DNA of 64,000 nucleotides from NCBI GenBank assembly GCA_963728205.1, contig CAVSIV010000002.1, forward strand, positions 320,001 to 384,000, read 5' to 3'. A program made the position numbers and the translations under genes. This document shows, piece by piece, positions 60,634-64,000 of this stretch. The DNA is from an uncultured Chloroflexia bacterium (GTDB lineage Bacteria; Chloroflexota; Dehalococcoidia; UBA2979). Within the stretch, counting starts at the first letter, position 1; each line of letters opens with the position of its first letter. A model generated the notes under the pieces. That model worked only from the letters and a program-made list of their open reading frames with translations, searched no databases and was not told the origin of the DNA.

Positions 60634-61824
60634 GTGACGAGCGAGCGAACCCAGGTAGCGGCCGATGCCGCGGGCGTGGCCCGCAAGACGCTGGAGCATG
60701 CGTACGGCTTCGACGACGTCGCGATCGTCCCCGGGGCGGTGACGACGAATCCCGAGCTCGTGAGCACCGACTTCACGCTCGGCGATCACACGTTCCCCGT
60801 GCCGATCATCGCGTCGTCGATGGACGGCGTGGTCGACCCCGCGTTCGCCATCAAGATGTCGAAGCTCGGCGGGTTCGCCGTCCTCAACCTCGACGGCGTG
60901 TGGACGCGCTATGAGGATGCCGACGCCGTCCTCGCGGAGATCGCCGCCGCCAGCCTCGAGGAATCGACGAAGATCATCCAGCGCGTCTACCAGACGCCGG
61001 TCCAGGAGGAGCTCGTCGGCCGCCGGGTCGAAGAGATCAAGGCCGGTGGCGGCGTCGCGGTCGTGGCTTCCACCCCCCAGAACACGAAGCGACTCGCACC
61101 GATCGCCCGGGAAGCCGGCGTCGATGTCCTGGTCGTCGCCTCCACCGTCACCACCGCGCGGCACGTCTCGCGGTCGCTCAAGGGACTGCGGCTGGACGAG
61201 CTGGTGGAGCAGATGACTGGCGTCCCGATCCTGGTCGGCAACACCGTCGACTTCCAGGCGACGCTCGAGTTGATGGGGATGGGCATCCACGGCGTGCTGA
61301 TCGGCGTCGGCCCCGGCGCGGCGTGCACGTCGCGCGAGGTGCTCGGCATCGGCATGCCGCAGGTCAGCGCGACGATCGAGACGGCGCATGCGCGCGACGT
61401 CTACTTCGCGCAGACCGGCCGCTACGTGCCGATCATCACCGACGGCGGCCTGCGCACCGGCGGCGACGTGTCGAAGGCGGTCTGCGCCGGCGCGGACGCC
61501 GTCATGATCGGGTCGCCGTTTGCCGGCTGCATCGGCGCACCCGGGCGCGGCTTCCACTGGGGCATGGCGACCCCGCACGCGGAGCTTCCGCGCGGCGTGC
61601 GCGTGGCGGTCGGCCAGACGCACACCGTCGAGCAGCTGCTGTTCGGACCGACGTCGAAGACCGACGGCACCGAGAACCTGGTGGGCGCCCTGCGCACGTC
61701 GATGGCGACCTGCGGCGCGCAAACGATCCAGGACTTCCACGACGCCCGGATGATCATCGCGCCGTCGATCAAGACCGAGGGCAAGATCTACCAGATGGCC
61801 CAGACGCGGCCGGCGGGCATCTAG
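60634..61824 (+). CDS. guaB: IMP dehydrogenase family protein, GuaB3 type
   Basis: YGFDDVAIVP, SSMDGVV, GVGPGAACTSR and FHWGMA. Confidence 0.9.
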   Translation: MTSERTQVAADAAGVARKTLEHAYGFDDVAIVPGAVTTNPELVSTDFTLGDHTFPVPIIASSMDGVVDPAFAIKMSKLGGFAVLNLDGVWTRYEDADAVLAEIAAASLEESTKIIQRVYQTPVQEELVGRRVEEIKAGGGVAVVASTPQNTKRLAPIAREAGVDVLVVASTVTTARHVSRSLKGLRLDELVEQMTGVPILVGNTVDFQATLELMGMGIHGVLIGVGPGAACTSREVLGIGMPQVSATIETAHARDVYFAQTGRYVPIITDGGLRTGGDVSKAVCAGADAVMIGSPFAGCIGAPGRGFHWGMATPHAELPRGVRVAVGQTHTVEQLLFGPTSKTDGTENLVGALRTSMATCGAQTIQDFHDARMIIAPSIKTEGKIYQMAQTRPAGI

Positions 61825-61846
61825 CCCGCCCGGCGCGTCATCAGCG

Positions 61847-61872
61847 AAGCCGCCGGGATCCTCCGGCGGCTT
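61847..61872. terminator. Hairpin between convergent genes
   Basis: AAGCCGCCGG-GATCCT-CCGGCGGCTT. Confidence 0.65.
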
Positions 61873-61910
61873 GCGTCGGCACCCTCACGGGGCGCCCTGC
61901 TTCACGCCTG

Positions 61911-62084
61911 TCAGCAGCCGGGCTCGCCGCCGTTGCCACAGCAGGACTGGCGGTGGCGAACCTTGATCCAGGTGTTACGCAGCGCCAGCCGCAGCTTCGT
62001 CTGGAACGGCGCGTCGTATTCGCGCCAGTTCGTGAAGATCGCGCGCGGCGACGGTCCGCCGCTTCCGCTCCCCGGATCGCACAT
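61911..62084 (-). CDS. 57-aa Cys-rich protein ending CCGNGGEPGC; candidate selenoprotein
   Basis: GAGGAGG RBS before ATG at 62084; ends Cys-TGA. Confidence 0.7.
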   Translation of the reverse strand: MCDPGSGSGGPSPRAIFTNWREYDAPFQTKLRLALRNTWIKVRHRQSCCGNGGEPGC

Positions 62085-62176
62085 CGGGTCGCCTCCTCGC
62101 TCGCGTCGATGGTATGCGCGCGGTGCGAGAATCCGGCACGCGCGCCTGCGCGCACCGGACGGGCGAGGAGGTGGAC

Positions 62177-62992
62177 ATGAGCGGCATCTGGCCGGGGGAG
62201 ACGCGCTGCGTCGTGATGCTGGGGTTCGACGTCGATGGGCCCTCGGCGATGATTCGCCGCAATCCCGCCGTCGAGCAGATGCCGTCCGCGCGCTCGATGG
62301 GCGAGTTCGGGCCGGAGGTCGCGGTCCCGCGCATCCTGGCGCTGCTGCGCGCGCACGACGTGCCGGCGTCGTTCTACGTGCCGGGGTGGGTCGCCGATCG
62401 CTGGCCGGCGACGGTCGAGCGCATCGCGGCGGCAGGCCACGAGATCGCGCACCACGGCTACCTCCACGAGCCGCCGGCGACGCTGGACGGCGACGAGGAA
62501 GGCACCGTGCTCGACCGCGGCAGCGAGGCGCTCGCACGCATCACCGGCGAGCGGCCGCGCGGGTACCGGTCGCCGTCGTGGGAGCTCAGCGAGCGATCGC
62601 TCTCGCTGCTCGCCGACCGCGGCTTCGTGTACGACTCCAGCCTGATGGGCGACGACGCGCCCTACGCGGTCGACGTCGGCGACGGCCGCCGGCTCGTCGA
62701 GATTCCCGTGCACTGGACGCTCGACGACGCGCCGTTCTACCCGTTCAATCCGGCCGTCGGACGCACCGAGGTGATGGCAAGCCCGGCGCAGGTGTTCGAC
62801 ACGTGGGCGGCCGCCTTCGACGAGATCTACGAGCGGGGCCGCGCCTACACGCTGACGCTGCACCCGTGGATCAGCGGCCGCGCCGGCCGCCTGCTGATGC
62901 TGGAGCGGCTGCTGCAGCACATCCGGCAGCACAGCGGCGTGGAGTTCGCGCGCGCGATCGACGTGGCGACGGCGTTCGCATCGCAGACGTAG
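62177..62992 (+). CDS. Polysaccharide deacetylase, CE4 (PuuE/HpPgdA-like)
   Basis: GFDVD, HEIAHHGYLH, GYRSP, YDSSLM and LTLHP; GAGGAGG RBS. Confidence 0.92.
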   Translation: MSGIWPGETRCVVMLGFDVDGPSAMIRRNPAVEQMPSARSMGEFGPEVAVPRILALLRAHDVPASFYVPGWVADRWPATVERIAAAGHEIAHHGYLHEPPATLDGDEEGTVLDRGSEALARITGERPRGYRSPSWELSERSLSLLADRGFVYDSSLMGDDAPYAVDVGDGRRLVEIPVHWTLDDAPFYPFNPAVGRTEVMASPAQVFDTWAAAFDEIYERGRAYTLTLHPWISGRAGRLLMLERLLQHIRQHSGVEFARAIDVATAFASQT

Positions 62993-63121
62993 GCACGCGG
63001 CAGACCGGAGGCCCGCGGTATGCGTTGCGCGCTCCTGCGCGCGGAGGGAGCGACCCCGGCATCCGGGAGGCGCTCACGATCCACGGCAGTCGGCATGCCC
63101 CGGGGGCCCCGCGCGCGCATG

Positions 63122-63226
63122 AACGTCACCCAAAGCGGCGGCAGTATGCCGCCGACAGGACGCGGACGCAGTCCGCGGCTGGCGCCGCGCTTCTGTCGGC
63201 GGCATATCTGCCGCCGCTTTGACGTT
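63122..63226. repeat. REPIN-like long inverted repeat made of two palindromic units
   Basis: CAAAGCGGCGGCAG-TATGCCGCCGACAG ... CTGTCGGCGGCATA-T-CTGCCGCCGCTTTG. Confidence 0.8.
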
Positions 63227-63242
63227 TCGACGAGGCCTGAAG

Positions 63243-63263
63243 CCCTTCGACAGGCTCAGGACG
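63243..63263 (+). repeat. REP-like motif CCCTTCGACAGGCTCAGGACG
   Basis: Matches from memory the widespread CCCTTCGACxxGCTCAGG intergenic repeat family; single copy in this window. Confidence 0.5.
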
Positions 63264-63331
63264 GGCGCTGCCGCGCGACCGGAAGTGGCGCAGGCGTAGA
63301 ATCACGCGCGCAATCGCGAGCGAGGGACGCC

Positions 63332-64000
63332 ATGGCCGAGCCCGCCCCCGGCGCGTCGCCAGTCGGGTCCGCCGCGCTCCCGCTCCCGCGGACCGTGTTC
63401 GGGCGGCCGGTCTACTACGGCTGGTACGTCGTCGGCATCGCGTTCATCGCGTCGATGATGTCGGCCGGCGTGCAGGCCTACACGCTCGGGGTGTTCCTCA
63501 AGCCGATGACCGCCGCGCTCGGCTGGTCGCGCACCGATATCTCGCTCGGGCAGACGGTCTCGACGTTCGCGACCGGGATCCTGGCGCTGGTCGTCGGGCC
63601 GATCATGGACCGCCGCGGCGGCCGCGTGCTGATCGTGATCGGCGCGGCGGTCAGCGGGCTCGGGTTCATCGCCCTCGGCCAGGTGCACACGCTGTGGCAG
63701 TACTACCTCGTGCGCGGGGCGCTGCTCACCGTCGGCAGCGTGGGCATGGGCACGCTCGTCGTCAACGTCGCCATCTCGAACTGGTTCGTGCGCATGCGCG
63801 GGCGAGCAATCGCGATCGGGTCGATGGGCGTGTCGGTGTCGGCGCTGATCATGCCGCCGCTCTCGACGCACCTCATCGCGGCGTTCGGCTGGCGGACGGC
63901 ATGGGCGGTGATCGGCGTGCTCGTCTGGATCGTGGTGATCCCGGCGGCGGCCTACGTGATGCGCCGCCGGCCCGAGGATCACGGGCTCGAAGTGGACGGC
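63332..64000 (+). CDS. MFS transporter, 3' truncated by window edge
   Basis: YYGWYVV, GVFLKPM..LGWSR, GPIMDRRGGR (MFS motif A) and NWFVRMRGRA. Confidence 0.9.
   Translation, partial: MAEPAPGASPVGSAALPLPRTVFGRPVYYGWYVVGIAFIASMMSAGVQAYTLGVFLKPMTAALGWSRTDISLGQTVSTFATGILALVVGPIMDRRGGRVLIVIGAAVSGLGFIALGQVHTLWQYYLVRGALLTVGSVGMGTLVVNVAISNWFVRMRGRAIAIGSMGVSVSALIMPPLSTHLIAAFGWRTAWAVIGVLVWIVVIPAAAYVMRRRPEDHGLEVDG

Noticed and set aside
1-64000. CRISPR array, tRNA (including selC), rRNA, integrase or transposase
   Set aside because: No regularly spaced repeats, cloverleaf with T-loop consensus or recombinase motifs found by eye

Overview
Very GC-rich bacterial chromosomal segment. Gene content (selA, GuaB3, an N-module-less nuo operon, cdaA-cdaR, tandem SDR/MaoC/thiolase paralogues) is most consistent with Chloroflexota, class Dehalococcoidia; this is an inference. 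Most of the window is housekeeping: mutS2, selA, serA, rph, comEA/comEC, argF, cdaAR, der-plsY-gpsA, nuo, ybeY, dnaX-recR-recO, tatD, metG, guaB3. At least eight genes carry frameshifts that look like long-read indel errors. No rRNA, tRNA, CRISPR array or transposase was seen. Highlights: (1) a five-gene minus-strand operon (1177-9456) that looks like a c-di-GMP-controlled surface polysaccharide system, built around a 1318-aa processive GT2 with six tandem GspE-N/MshEN-type repeats, plus a GT-C-like membrane protein, a PelD-like degenerate GGDEF protein and a Cys-rich metal-binding protein; (2) a tightly coupled complex I operon A-C-D-H-J-K-x-L-M-N with no Fe-S subunit gene (no nuoB, nuoI or nuoEFG) and an inserted 62-aa ORF; (3) a PspC domain fused to a polyprenyl diphosphate synthase; (4) a 57-aa Cys-rich protein ending Cys-TGA with a SECIS-like hairpin in a selA-positive genome; (5) a structured, switchable leader upstream of guaB3; (6) REPIN-like inverted repeats, leaderless genes and an apparent ATC start codon.
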